Source: a phage. From it: a stretch of 44,954 bases of DNA. The stretch is from the sequence record OZ503098.1; one strand, 5' to 3'. Position numbers and translations under genes: made by a program. Positions 15,368-23,100 of the stretch are shown here, in pieces. The first letter of the stretch is position 1. Every line of letters begins with the position of its first letter. The notes under the pieces are model-generated. The model worked only from the letters and a program-made list of their open reading frames with translations, did not search any database and was not told where the DNA came from.

Positions 15368-17638
15368 ATGACCATGAGTTTAATTAAATTCGCAGTAACA
15401 AGACCCGCTAAAAAAGGCGAAAAAGCCAGGGCGGAAAACTTCCAGATGACCACCGATGAATTTTTCGAATTTATCAAAGATGCGAAAGAAATCTCCTCGG
15501 TGCATATCAATAAGACGGAAGATAAAGCCGAGTATGCGCGCCGCAAGCGTAAGGCCGATGGCATCGTGGCATATACCAGTGACGGCCTTCGCCGCAAGAC
15601 CAGTGCGGTGGACCGCTCGATCCTGTTCTTCGATATTGACCGTACCGACACCCGCACCCTACGCCGCTGCCGTAAGGCGTTCATTGACGCGGGTCTGGAA
15701 CACGTATTTCACACCACAACCGGCGACCGTCACCCACTGAAAGGAGGCACGCGTTGCGCCCGTTTCCTGGTGTTAACTGACAAGCCTGTACCGGCTGAAG
15801 ACCTGGGCCGCGTCCAGTATGCACTATTACACCAACTGGGTCTGTCAGATGTGGACTTCGACGATTGCACGAAAGACACAAACCGCCTGATGTACCTGCC
15901 TCACCAGCAGTCTGTTATTAAGTGCCACTACGGCAAGCGCGCCCGCGTCCGCCGTCTGCTCCGCCTGGCTGATAAGCTGGGAGTTGAGAAAGAGGAAGTA
16001 CGCCGCGAGCTTACCCAGGGCGACGACGCAGTGGCAGACGGCATTCTGGACTGGTGCTTCCAGGCAGGATTCGAGGAGTTATCTTCCGGGCGGGGCTTTG
16101 AAGTGCCGTGCCCGAACGAACATCTGCACAGCGGCGAAGGGTCGACGGCTATCATGGTCAAGGATGGCGAGATCCGTTTCAAGTGTATGCACACCGGCAA
16201 CGAGTGTTGCTCTGAACTGAATAGACACCAACACCTGGCGCTACGTCTTATCGGCATCCCGGACCACCTGAACGTCGAGCCACACAATATGTCCCGTAAG
16301 CAAATCGCCGCCATCCTTCCGGGGCTGGACGACGAGGAAGTCGAATCCTTATATGAACATATTGTTGATGCGGTTGGCGACGGCGAAGAATACGGCGTGT
16401 GCACCGATGCGGATCTGGATAACGAGCCGGTCGCGCTGTTCAGTAAGCACGACACGATTATCGAGGGGTTGATTAACTTTAAATCGACCTGGTACATGGC
16501 GGGTGAGTCGAATATCGGTAAGTCTTTCTATGTGCTGGGCCAAATGGGCGCGGTTGCCGCCGGTATTCCGTTTGGTGGTGCGAAGGTCGTCCAGTCTCAT
16601 TGCTTCTATTTCGACGCGGAAGGTGGCGAAGCCTCCAACCAGCGTAAAGAAGCATTGCAGATTAAATACGAGCACGACCTGGACAAGCTGCACATTATAG
16701 ACCTGCAGTCACGCGGCTGGGATATCACCAGCAAGTCCGGCTTGCGCGAAGTTATCAGTTTTATCAACCGCACCGCTAACGGCGAGCCGGTTGGCCTGGT
16801 GGCGTTCGACTCACTCAACCAGACTGTTGCGTTGCGGTCCGCCGAGGCTAAACCGTTCGACGAGAACAACGCCAGCGATATGGGCGAAGTGGTCAAAGCG
16901 CTGAAGGCCATCGCGGAAAACACAGGTGGCAGTGCGGGCGTCATTCACCACCCGGCGAAAGGTGCAAACGGCAGCAGAACCCCACGCGGGTCCGGCGCGC
17001 TGCATGGTGCTGTCGATTCCGCTTTCTTCCTGGAACAGCCGGACGACAACCAGCCCGGACAATTGAACCTGTATCACGAAAAGTCACGTAACGGCATCAA
17101 GCAAGCGCCGCGCGGCTTCGTCCTGCTCAAGTGCAAAGTTAAGGTGGATCTCCGCAAGTCAGAAGCGTTCGAGGCGCACCAGTCCACCAGCACCGGGCCA
17201 GACTTCGGGGATGTGGTTGCCGGTTGGGACGTCAAGCCGATCGCCTCCACGCCACGCGACGAGACTCTCTACCTCGTACCGGTTGCCCTGGCACCGTTCG
17301 CTATTGAACAGGCGAAGGCGGCAGGCAAGGCCGCGGTTAAGGAAGAGAACACCGCCGGACCGCGCAACGGAAAAGAGAAAGTGCTTTATGCTGCACTGGA
17401 AAAACTGATGGAAGATAACCCGGACCATACTGGATTCAGTAAATCGGCGATTGTCCGCCAGGCGGGACTCGCGAAAGGTGGCACGTCGACGAAGGCAATC
17501 GACGATATGGTGGAGCGCGGCGTGATAGGTTTTTACACCGATCCGCACACCGGGGCCATCTATGGGTCGTCTAATTTGGTCATCAAATCGGATATCCCAA
17601 TCACGCTTTCAGCGACCGATGAAGACTTAAAAGATTAA
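15368..17638 (+). CDS. Primase-helicase: archaeo-eukaryotic-type primase-like N-terminal domain fused to a RecA-like P-loop NTPase
   Basis: N-terminal LFFDIDRTD (acidic DxD-type motif), central Cys/His cluster (CPNEHLHSGEG...CMHTGNECC), C-terminal Walker A GESNIGKS and Walker B-like LVAFDSL. Confidence 0.7.
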   Translation: MTMSLIKFAVTRPAKKGEKARAENFQMTTDEFFEFIKDAKEISSVHINKTEDKAEYARRKRKADGIVAYTSDGLRRKTSAVDRSILFFDIDRTDTRTLRRCRKAFIDAGLEHVFHTTTGDRHPLKGGTRCARFLVLTDKPVPAEDLGRVQYALLHQLGLSDVDFDDCTKDTNRLMYLPHQQSVIKCHYGKRARVRRLLRLADKLGVEKEEVRRELTQGDDAVADGILDWCFQAGFEELSSGRGFEVPCPNEHLHSGEGSTAIMVKDGEIRFKCMHTGNECCSELNRHQHLALRLIGIPDHLNVEPHNMSRKQIAAILPGLDDEEVESLYEHIVDAVGDGEEYGVCTDADLDNEPVALFSKHDTIIEGLINFKSTWYMAGESNIGKSFYVLGQMGAVAAGIPFGGAKVVQSHCFYFDAEGGEASNQRKEALQIKYEHDLDKLHIIDLQSRGWDITSKSGLREVISFINRTANGEPVGLVAFDSLNQTVALRSAEAKPFDENNASDMGEVVKALKAIAENTGGSAGVIHHPAKGANGSRTPRGSGALHGAVDSAFFLEQPDDNQPGQLNLYHEKSRNGIKQAPRGFVLLKCKVKVDLRKSEAFEAHQSTSTGPDFGDVVAGWDVKPIASTPRDETLYLVPVALAPFAIEQAKAAGKAAVKEENTAGPRNGKEKVLYAALEKLMEDNPDHTGFSKSAIVRQAGLAKGGTSTKAIDDMVERGVIGFYTDPHTGAIYGSSNLVIKSDIPITLSATDEDLKD

Positions 17639-17719
17639 TTTTTGCGCGCATTGGTTGCCAAATTGCGTGCTTTTAGGTGGTCGTATTGGTTGCCGTGTAG
17701 TGTAAATATAGTGAATAGT

Positions 17720-17905
17720 TATGCAATAAAACTGCATAAACTAAGCGGGACAAAAAGCGGGACAGACAGGAGGCGGGACAAAGCGGGACAGCACCCCTGT
17801 CCCGCCCCGGATGACGCGGCCTGGCGAGGAGCGGGACAGCGGGACAGCACCCCAGTCTTTCAGACTAGACGGGGGGTCTGGCACCCCCCTCGTCTGAGAC
17901 TGCAT
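17720..17905. repeat. Iteron/hairpin array 1: at least six direct GCGGGACA copies, inverted TGTCCCGC copies and a G6/C6 hairpin, preceded by TGCATAAA
   Basis: GCGGGACA at 17745, 17757, 17773, 17783, 17831, 17839; inverted copy at 17798; AGTCTTTCAGACT palindrome and GACGGGGGG-tctggca-CCCCCCTCGTC hairpin at 17853-17895. Non-coding (the TTG-start ORF 17642..17998 is rejected). Confidence 0.7.
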
Positions 17906-18061
17906 AAAATCCGGGATTGCATAATACACGGCAACATGATGCAAATTGCGGTCGTCGGTGAACTAGGCAACCAATGCGAGTTGCAGAATGGTGGGTGAAA
18001 AATGCAGTTTGCAGTCACAGCAGATAGCGATCGACTTTTTCATACGCGTGATTAATATTGG

Positions 18062-18090
18062 TTGCACCCGCCCTGGCACCCTGCTATATT
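18062..18090 (+). promoter_or_regulatory. Sigma70-like promoter TTGCAC-17-TATATT embedded in two ATTGGTTGCAC motif copies, upstream of gene 18119
   Basis: -35 TTGCAC 18062-18067, 17-bp spacer, -10 TATATT 18085-18090; motif copies at 18057-18067 and 18088-18098. Confidence 0.45.
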
Positions 18091-18118
18091 GGTTGCACAC
18101 CAACATGAGGACTGAACA

Positions 18119-18412
18119 ATGAAAGCTTTAATCTGGAACTACACAATGGCGGTGGCAAAGCTGTACGAAGCGCGCCACCACAACGGCAACATACCAGAAG
18201 CCCAGCATGAGGCCGTCATGGCCTGGCATGCGATCATGAACGCGAGTTCGGACCAGGGGGCCCCCGAACCTCTGCGCATGGCTATCCAGGCCTACGCGCT
18301 TGCATTCGCCCGTGAGCGCCTGGCGTATCGCTTCGGTGTCGGCGAGACGGCAGTGACAAACGTCGCCCGGATTAAAGCCCAGCGCGAGCTATTCGCCCAG
18401 CTTGCGAAATAA
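18119..18412 (+). CDS. Hypothetical protein (97 aa)
   Basis: ATG with GAGGA RBS, directly downstream of the promoter above. Confidence 0.5.
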   Translation: MKALIWNYTMAVAKLYEARHHNGNIPEAQHEAVMAWHAIMNASSDQGAPEPLRMAIQAYALAFARERLAYRFGVGETAVTNVARIKAQRELFAQLAK

Positions 18413-18421
18413 GGGGCCAAA

Positions 18422-18691
18422 ATGGACCGCAGACGCGCTAAACGGCTTTCGTGGCATATTCCACTGCATTGCATACGAATATGGGCTAAGAATGCGAATG
18501 AGGGCGATTCTGTGTTCTGGTGCTATCGCGACGATGTGAAGCCACTAACGCAGACTCGCTACTTGCACCAGTTCGCCAGGGAGCATGGGTTAGCCATAAA
18601 AACGTCCTTGCAACCAATTGGCATTCGTATTACATTACGCCGGAAGCCCACCGTTGAGCGGGTAGGTAAACACTGGAGACTGAGCAAATGA
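18422..18691 (+). CDS. Hypothetical protein (89 aa)
   Basis: ATG with AAGGGG RBS. Confidence 0.5.
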   Translation: MDRRRAKRLSWHIPLHCIRIWAKNANEGDSVFWCYRDDVKPLTQTRYLHQFAREHGLAIKTSLQPIGIRITLRRKPTVERVGKHWRLSK

Positions 18692-18840
18692 CACCAATGC
18701 AAAAAACAATAATGGCAGGATTCTCGCAGAAGTTTATCTTTGTGGATTCCTGCGTAGCGGATTACGAGTACAACGGCGTTGCCACGGTGTGCGATGGCGA
18801 CACGAAGACTATTGAAGAGATCGAGGAGACAGAGCAATGA
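18688..18840 (+). CDS. Small hypothetical protein (50 aa), coupled at both ends
   Basis: ATGA overlaps at 18688-18691 and 18837-18840; GGAG RBS; translation MTPMQKTIMAGFSQKFIFVDSCVADYEYNGVATVCDGDTKTIEEIEETEQ. Confidence 0.35.
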   Translation: MTPMQKTIMAGFSQKFIFVDSCVADYEYNGVATVCDGDTKTIEEIEETEQ

Positions 18841-19382
18841 AATTACTATTCCGCCGTAAGCACGATGGCAAAATCCTGAAGCCGATCCAGACCCTGGATT
18901 CCTACGTCCGCCTACAAAACGCGGCGGGCAGTCGGGTCTGGTGGGCGAAGAAAGACGGGCTGTATGAAAACTTTGACGTACTGACCCACGATATTGAGCG
19001 CGGCGATGTGCTGCGTGATACCCGCGACGGTAGTATGTGGATCGTTGAATATGTCGGTCTTCATGGCCTGCGTATGCAATCCCGCAAGGATGGCGTAGCC
19101 GGTATGACTTACTTCGGGTTGGTCAACTACGAGCGAGTGGGCCGCAAATACTGCCTTCGTGACCACCAGCAGAATGGGCGCGCGAACGCCATAGCGGAGT
19201 TCCGCAAGTCACAGCCCGCCTATGCGACCTACGACGCGAGCAAAGCGCATGAGATTATTAATCGCTTTGATGCCGTGACGAATGCGCAACGCCATGCGCA
19301 GGAATACGGCGTTGGATTCATCCTGGTGGAACAGGACGGCAGCATGAACGCCATCGACCCGCGCTCGGTGATTCTGAAATGA
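18837..19382 (+). CDS. Hypothetical protein (181 aa)
   Basis: ORF translationally coupled to the upstream small gene. Confidence 0.5.
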   Translation: MKLLFRRKHDGKILKPIQTLDSYVRLQNAAGSRVWWAKKDGLYENFDVLTHDIERGDVLRDTRDGSMWIVEYVGLHGLRMQSRKDGVAGMTYFGLVNYERVGRKYCLRDHQQNGRANAIAEFRKSQPAYATYDASKAHEIINRFDAVTNAQRHAQEYGVGFILVEQDGSMNAIDPRSVILK

Positions 19383-19519
19383 GTGCGACGATCCGTGATA
19401 TGCTTCAGCACAACCGCTTTGAGATAGGCGGTCGGGTATTTCGCAATTACTTCGTGGCGCGTGCCTGGGCGCGCCATATTGGCAAGCCGGAAGGGGAAAT
19501 TCGATGCTACACGATTTGA
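19379..19519 (+). CDS. Small hypothetical protein (46 aa)
   Basis: ATGA overlap with the upstream stop; MSATIRDMLQHNRFEIGGRVFRNYFVARAWARHIGKPEGEIRCYTI. Confidence 0.3.
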   Translation: MSATIRDMLQHNRFEIGGRVFRNYFVARAWARHIGKPEGEIRCYTI

Positions 19520-19791
19520 TATATTGGTTTGGGTTGGGGTGTGCGACACTCTTTGCTATGGTGCTGGCGCTGTTGGTGTGGGTCTTCCTGATTTGGCCCG
19601 CTGTGGAAGCTGCCAGCATTACCCGCATGACGTTCCAGATATACAAGCGCCGTGGAATCACGGAGCACCCGACCAGGTTGCGCATGTGGTGGCTGTGGTA
19701 TCGCGATATGATAGGCGGGCGAACATTCGAAGCCGTCCGATCATCCGGGTGGGAGTGGAAAGGCGTCGGCAAGTGGTCCATTTTCGATTAA
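19504..19791 (+). CDS. Membrane protein (95 aa, two predicted TM segments)
   Basis: Hydrophobic stretch WFGLGCATLFAMVLALLVWVFLIW; overlaps the upstream small ORF. Confidence 0.45.
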   Translation: MLHDLIYWFGLGCATLFAMVLALLVWVFLIWPAVEAASITRMTFQIYKRRGITEHPTRLRMWWLWYRDMIGGRTFEAVRSSGWEWKGVGKWSIFD

Positions 19792-19808
19792 TTATGCAAG
19801 CGTGATAT

Positions 19809-19843
19809 AGTCCCAGTGAGCTAAAACTTACTGGGACTTTTTT
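19809..19843 (+). terminator. Nine-bp hairpin plus T6 immediately upstream of the holin start
   Basis: AGTCCCAGT-gagctaaaactt-ACTGGGACT followed by TTTTTT and then ATG 19844 with no intervening SD. Confidence 0.4.
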
Positions 19844-20134
19844 ATGGATAAGCTAAACGAGTGGTTATTCGCCCTTGCGTGTCTTGCTGGTGGCTTCGTC
19901 GGCGCACGCATTCATGGCGAGGCAACGAAAGGGCCGTTGAATTTCGTTTTATATGTCGTAGTTGGCTTCCTGTGTGCCATATTTGGTGCGCCAGCTATTG
20001 CGGAGTGGTCTGGTTTGTCTGGCGAGCGCACTGTCGCCGGATTGGGCTTCGTAACTGCGATCTTCTGGATGCCAATCGCTGACCGGATCCGGGAGACTAT
20101 TGCGTCGTTCCGACTTCCGGGGGGTGCAAAATGA
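19844..20134 (+). CDS. Putative holin (96 aa, multiple TM segments)
   Basis: Small hydrophobic protein with about three TM segments immediately upstream of the endolysin. Confidence 0.45.
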   Translation: MDKLNEWLFALACLAGGFVGARIHGEATKGPLNFVLYVVVGFLCAIFGAPAIAEWSGLSGERTVAGLGFVTAIFWMPIADRIRETIASFRLPGGAK

Positions 20135-20376
20135 TTATCTCCGTCCTGTTGTTTGTTATCATAGGGGCTTCGTCCCTGTTTAACGTGTATGCGCCGTCCG
20201 TCCGGGATGGCATTTTCGGTCGGGTGCTGTATCTGTTAACGGCAATGGTCTGTATTATCGGATTGTTGCAAACAGGAGACGTATCGGATACCACCTGGAC
20301 CGCGTTAATCTGGCTGTTTGCATTGCGCACCCTGCGTAATGCTGTTTTGAATGGGGTAAAACATGCGATTCAGTGA
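20131..20376 (+). CDS. Putative holin/antiholin partner (81 aa, multiple TM segments)
   Basis: Second small membrane protein; ATGA overlap with the upstream gene; GGGGGG RBS; overlaps the endolysin start. Confidence 0.4.
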   Translation: MIISVLLFVIIGASSLFNVYAPSVRDGIFGRVLYLLTAMVCIIGLLQTGDVSDTTWTALIWLFALRTLRNAVLNGVKHAIQ

Positions 20377-20854
20377 TAACGGTCTACGATTTACGGCAGC
20401 ATGGGAGGCTTTCAGCCCGGTGCCGTATTTCGCGACCAAGAAAGAGCAGGCCCGCGGCCTGTACACCTGGGGCTATGGGCACACCGGCACTAATCCGCCA
20501 CGAAGCATTACCCGTGCGGAAGCGCTGGAACTGCTCAAGCGCGATGTGGCGTATGCCGAGGACTGGGTGAACAAATACGCACATCCGAGCATTAACCAGG
20601 CGCAATTCGACGCGCTGGTGGACCTGGTAATCAACGCCGGTCCAGGTCCGATCGTACCGGATGACGTCGCGAATGATTTCGATGATGCGGTCCGCCTGGG
20701 CGACTGGGCGAAGGTCCGTGCTACTCTGCCGCAGTTCCGCAAGCAAGGTGGCGAAGTGCTTAAGGGTCTGGTGCGCCGTGCAATCGGCAGACAGGCGTTG
20801 TTTGATGGTAAGCAGTGGGACGTTGCCGAGAAAATCGGGCGTAACGCAGCATAA
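20363..20854 (+). CDS. Endolysin, T4 E / lambda R-type lysozyme (GH24)
   Basis: N-terminal FTAAWEAFSPVPY...GLYTWGYGHTG (catalytic Glu followed by the TxGYGH-type motif); 163 aa; follows the two holin-like genes. Confidence 0.75.
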   Translation: MRFSDNGLRFTAAWEAFSPVPYFATKKEQARGLYTWGYGHTGTNPPRSITRAEALELLKRDVAYAEDWVNKYAHPSINQAQFDALVDLVINAGPGPIVPDDVANDFDDAVRLGDWAKVRATLPQFRKQGGEVLKGLVRRAIGRQALFDGKQWDVAEKIGRNAA

Positions 20855-20870
20855 TACGAGGTAACACAGT

Positions 20871-21038
20871 ATGTTAAAAAGCATTCTTGATCATAACGCC
20901 GACGCGCTCGCCGCGCTGGCTAAAACCGAAGATCCGGGCGCACGCGCTATCATCGCGGACACTATCAGCCACGCGGGGGTCTTCGATGCGAAGCTGCCAA
21001 GCCCGCCACCGCCGGAAGAACCAGACCCCACAGCGTAA
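20871..21038 (+). CDS. Small hypothetical protein (55 aa), Ala-rich with a Pro-rich C-terminus
   Basis: GAGG RBS; MLKSILDHNADALAALAKTEDPGARAIIADTISHAGVFDAKLPSPPPPEEPDPTA; last gene before the terminator. Confidence 0.3.
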   Translation: MLKSILDHNADALAALAKTEDPGARAIIADTISHAGVFDAKLPSPPPPEEPDPTA

Positions 21039-21045
21039 ACAATCA

Positions 21046-21071
21046 AGCCCGGATAATACCGGGCTTTTTAT
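21046..21071 (+). terminator. Rho-independent terminator after the lysis cassette
   Basis: AGCCCGG-ataat-ACCGGGCT followed by TTTTT. Confidence 0.6.
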
Positions 21072-21074
21072 TGC

Positions 21075-21104
21075 TTGACTCGCAACCAACATAGGGGCCA
21101 TACT
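21075..21104 (+). promoter_or_regulatory. Promoter-like element TTGACT-18-CATACT overlapped by two (T)GCAACCAA(T) motif copies
   Basis: Motif copies sit in the spacer and at the start site, i.e. operator-like placement; precedes a strong GGAGGAG RBS. Confidence 0.35.
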
Positions 21105-21133
21105 GCAACCAATCAACTGGAGGAGTAATCAAG

Positions 21134-21214
21134 ATGGCACGTAAAGATATTTGGGTATTAGCGATCTGGACCACCGCGGCTTTTATCGGCATGGTTATTT
21201 GCGAATTGATATAG
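21134..21214 (+). CDS. Possible 26-aa hydrophobic micro-protein
   Basis: Strong RBS GGAGGAG 7 nt upstream of ATG; MARKDIWVLAIWTTAAFIGMVICELI; followed by a 9-bp stem hairpin (21228-21253). Confidence 0.25.
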   Translation: MARKDIWVLAIWTTAAFIGMVICELI

Positions 21215-21275
21215 CCCGCCGCCATACGGACCGTGGTATATTGTCCACGGTCCACTAATCAGGAATTAATTAAAT

Positions 21276-22418
21276 ATGCACCCGCAAACTAAAATTACCG
21301 ATGAGCAATTGATCGCAGAAATTCAGGCAGGGACTACAGTTAAAGAGATTGCGAAGAAATACGGGATTGCCCTACGCAATGTCTATATGCGGAAAGCCCG
21401 CCTGTCGAAAAAAGGCATTGGACACGGCAACGATGCTGTAATCCGCAAGCGCGTTGCCGACGGGTTTGGGGTTAAGCGCGTATCGGCCCTGGTGCGCGGC
21501 AATGGCGAAGAGGTCATGTCGTGGGTTATCACTGAGCAGGACAAAGAGCGCCAACTCGAAGCCATGCGCGCTGTTGTCGAGGGTATGAACAGCGAAATCA
21601 CACCGGCAGCGCCAGTAAAAGCCCCGCCAGTTCCGATCCAGGCGCTCGACTTGCTCAACCTGTACACCGTATCCGACTTCCACCTGGGCATGTTGGCATG
21701 GGGCGAGGAGACTGGCGAAGACTGGGATATGGCGATCGCCGAAGACCTGTTCTACCGCTGGTTTGTCGAAGCCTTCGCCCGCGCACCGGACGCAGGCACT
21801 GCCGTAATTAATATCCTCGGGGATATGGCCCACTTTGATAGCCTCGACGCTGTCACTCCGGCAAGTGGTCACATACTGGACGCTGACACCCGCTACCAGA
21901 AACTGGTCCGATACATGATTCGCATGGTGCGCAACGTAGTCGAACTGGCGCTGCAAAAACACCACAAAGTAAAACTGCTAATCGTCCAGGGAAATCATGA
22001 CGAGTCGGGTATGATTTGGCTGGCGGAGATGTTCAATACTCTGTACGAGAACGAGCCGCGCGTCGATGTGGATACGTCCCCGGACGTCTACAAAATGGTG
22101 CAGCACGGCAAGACCACGCTATTTTTCCACCACGGGCATAAAGCGCGATTCGATGCTATCGAGCAGGTTATGATTTCTAAATTCAGACAGGCTTTCGGAT
22201 CCAGTGAGTACAGCTACGCGCACGTAGGCCACTTGCACCACCAGAAGATTGTAGAATCCCGCAACATGATTGTTGAACAGCACCGGACGCTCGCAGCGAA
22301 AGACGCCTACGCCAGTCGTGGCGGTTGGATGTCCGGTCGCAGCGCAAACGTCATCACCTACAGCGCCAACTACGGCGAAGTAGCGCGCTTAACCATTAGC
22401 CCCGAAATGTTGAAGTAA
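21276..22418 (+). CDS. Calcineurin-like metallophosphoesterase with an N-terminal HTH-like segment
   Basis: Metallophosphoesterase motifs DFHLG, GDMAHFD (GDxxH), GNHDE, HHGH; N-terminal TVKEIAKKYGIALRNVYMRKARLSKKG looks like an HTH. Confidence 0.65.
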   Translation: MHPQTKITDEQLIAEIQAGTTVKEIAKKYGIALRNVYMRKARLSKKGIGHGNDAVIRKRVADGFGVKRVSALVRGNGEEVMSWVITEQDKERQLEAMRAVVEGMNSEITPAAPVKAPPVPIQALDLLNLYTVSDFHLGMLAWGEETGEDWDMAIAEDLFYRWFVEAFARAPDAGTAVINILGDMAHFDSLDAVTPASGHILDADTRYQKLVRYMIRMVRNVVELALQKHHKVKLLIVQGNHDESGMIWLAEMFNTLYENEPRVDVDTSPDVYKMVQHGKTTLFFHHGHKARFDAIEQVMISKFRQAFGSSEYSYAHVGHLHHQKIVESRNMIVEQHRTLAAKDAYASRGGWMSGRSANVITYSANYGEVARLTISPEMLK

Positions 22419-22449
22419 CGGCAACCAGTAATCCTCCCAGCCTGCCGAT

Positions 22450-22478
22450 TTGGTGGGCTTTTTTGTGCCTGTTATAAT
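22450..22478 (+). promoter_or_regulatory. Extended -10 promoter (TGtTATAAT) upstream of the packaging genes
   Basis: TGTTATAAT at 22470-22478 (perfect TATAAT with upstream TG); weak -35 TTGGTG at 17-bp spacing. Confidence 0.4.
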
Positions 22479-22548
22479 CCCACTTAGATGGCAGGGCCGT
22501 CTCCTATGTTGCCGATGGCCGGCGCATATGAACAAAAGGGCTTATATC

Positions 22549-23100
22549 ATGGCAGAAATCAAAGTTAAGGGCCGACGCGCCAAACTGGACGGACGAGTAG
22601 CAGTAACCCCGCGCCGTAAACCAGGCGAGCAAACCGAGCATACCAATCTCGGACCTGAGATCGAGTACGGCAAGCGCCGTAAAGGCGGCAAATGTGGACG
22701 CCCTACTGACTACCGATCTGTTTACTGCGACCAGCTTCGTCGCTATTTTGCCGACGCCGACGCCTGGCAGGTCAATTACTCCGATAAAGGCGCTGCGCAG
22801 GTAATCCCTCGCAACAAAATGCCAACCTTCGGCAGATTTGCCGCGGAAATCGGTGTGGGCGTAGCTTGCCTGTATCGCTGGGCGCGCGCACATGAGGAGT
22901 TTGCCGAGGCGATGGCGGACGCAATGGAGTTGCAGAAAACTTTCCTGATGGAAGCTGGCGGCGTGACTATCGCGGCAGGCTTCGCGACCTTCCTGCTCAA
23001 AGCCAATCACGGCGTACGCGACGATATCCCACTGGATGACGACGAAGATGATAACGGCGACGTCGTTGTCGAACCTACCGGCAAAGGCCAGGGTGAGTAA
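22549..23100 (+). CDS. Terminase small subunit
   Basis: Immediately upstream of and overlapping the large terminase gene; HTH-like FGRFAAEIGVGVACLYRWARAHEEF; basic N-terminus, acidic C-terminus; start chosen at ATG 22549 (MAEIKVKG). Confidence 0.55.
   Translation: MAEIKVKGRRAKLDGRVAVTPRRKPGEQTEHTNLGPEIEYGKRRKGGKCGRPTDYRSVYCDQLRRYFADADAWQVNYSDKGAAQVIPRNKMPTFGRFAAEIGVGVACLYRWARAHEEFAEAMADAMELQKTFLMEAGGVTIAAGFATFLLKANHGVRDDIPLDDDEDDNGDVVVEPTGKGQGE

Noticed and set aside
17642-17998. 118-aa plus-strand ORF with a TTG start spanning iteron array 1
   Set aside because: Its sequence is dominated by translation of the GCGGGACA repeats (RRDKAGQHPCPAP...), it has no RBS, and the region duplicated at 33891-34215 has no matching frame; treated as non-coding.
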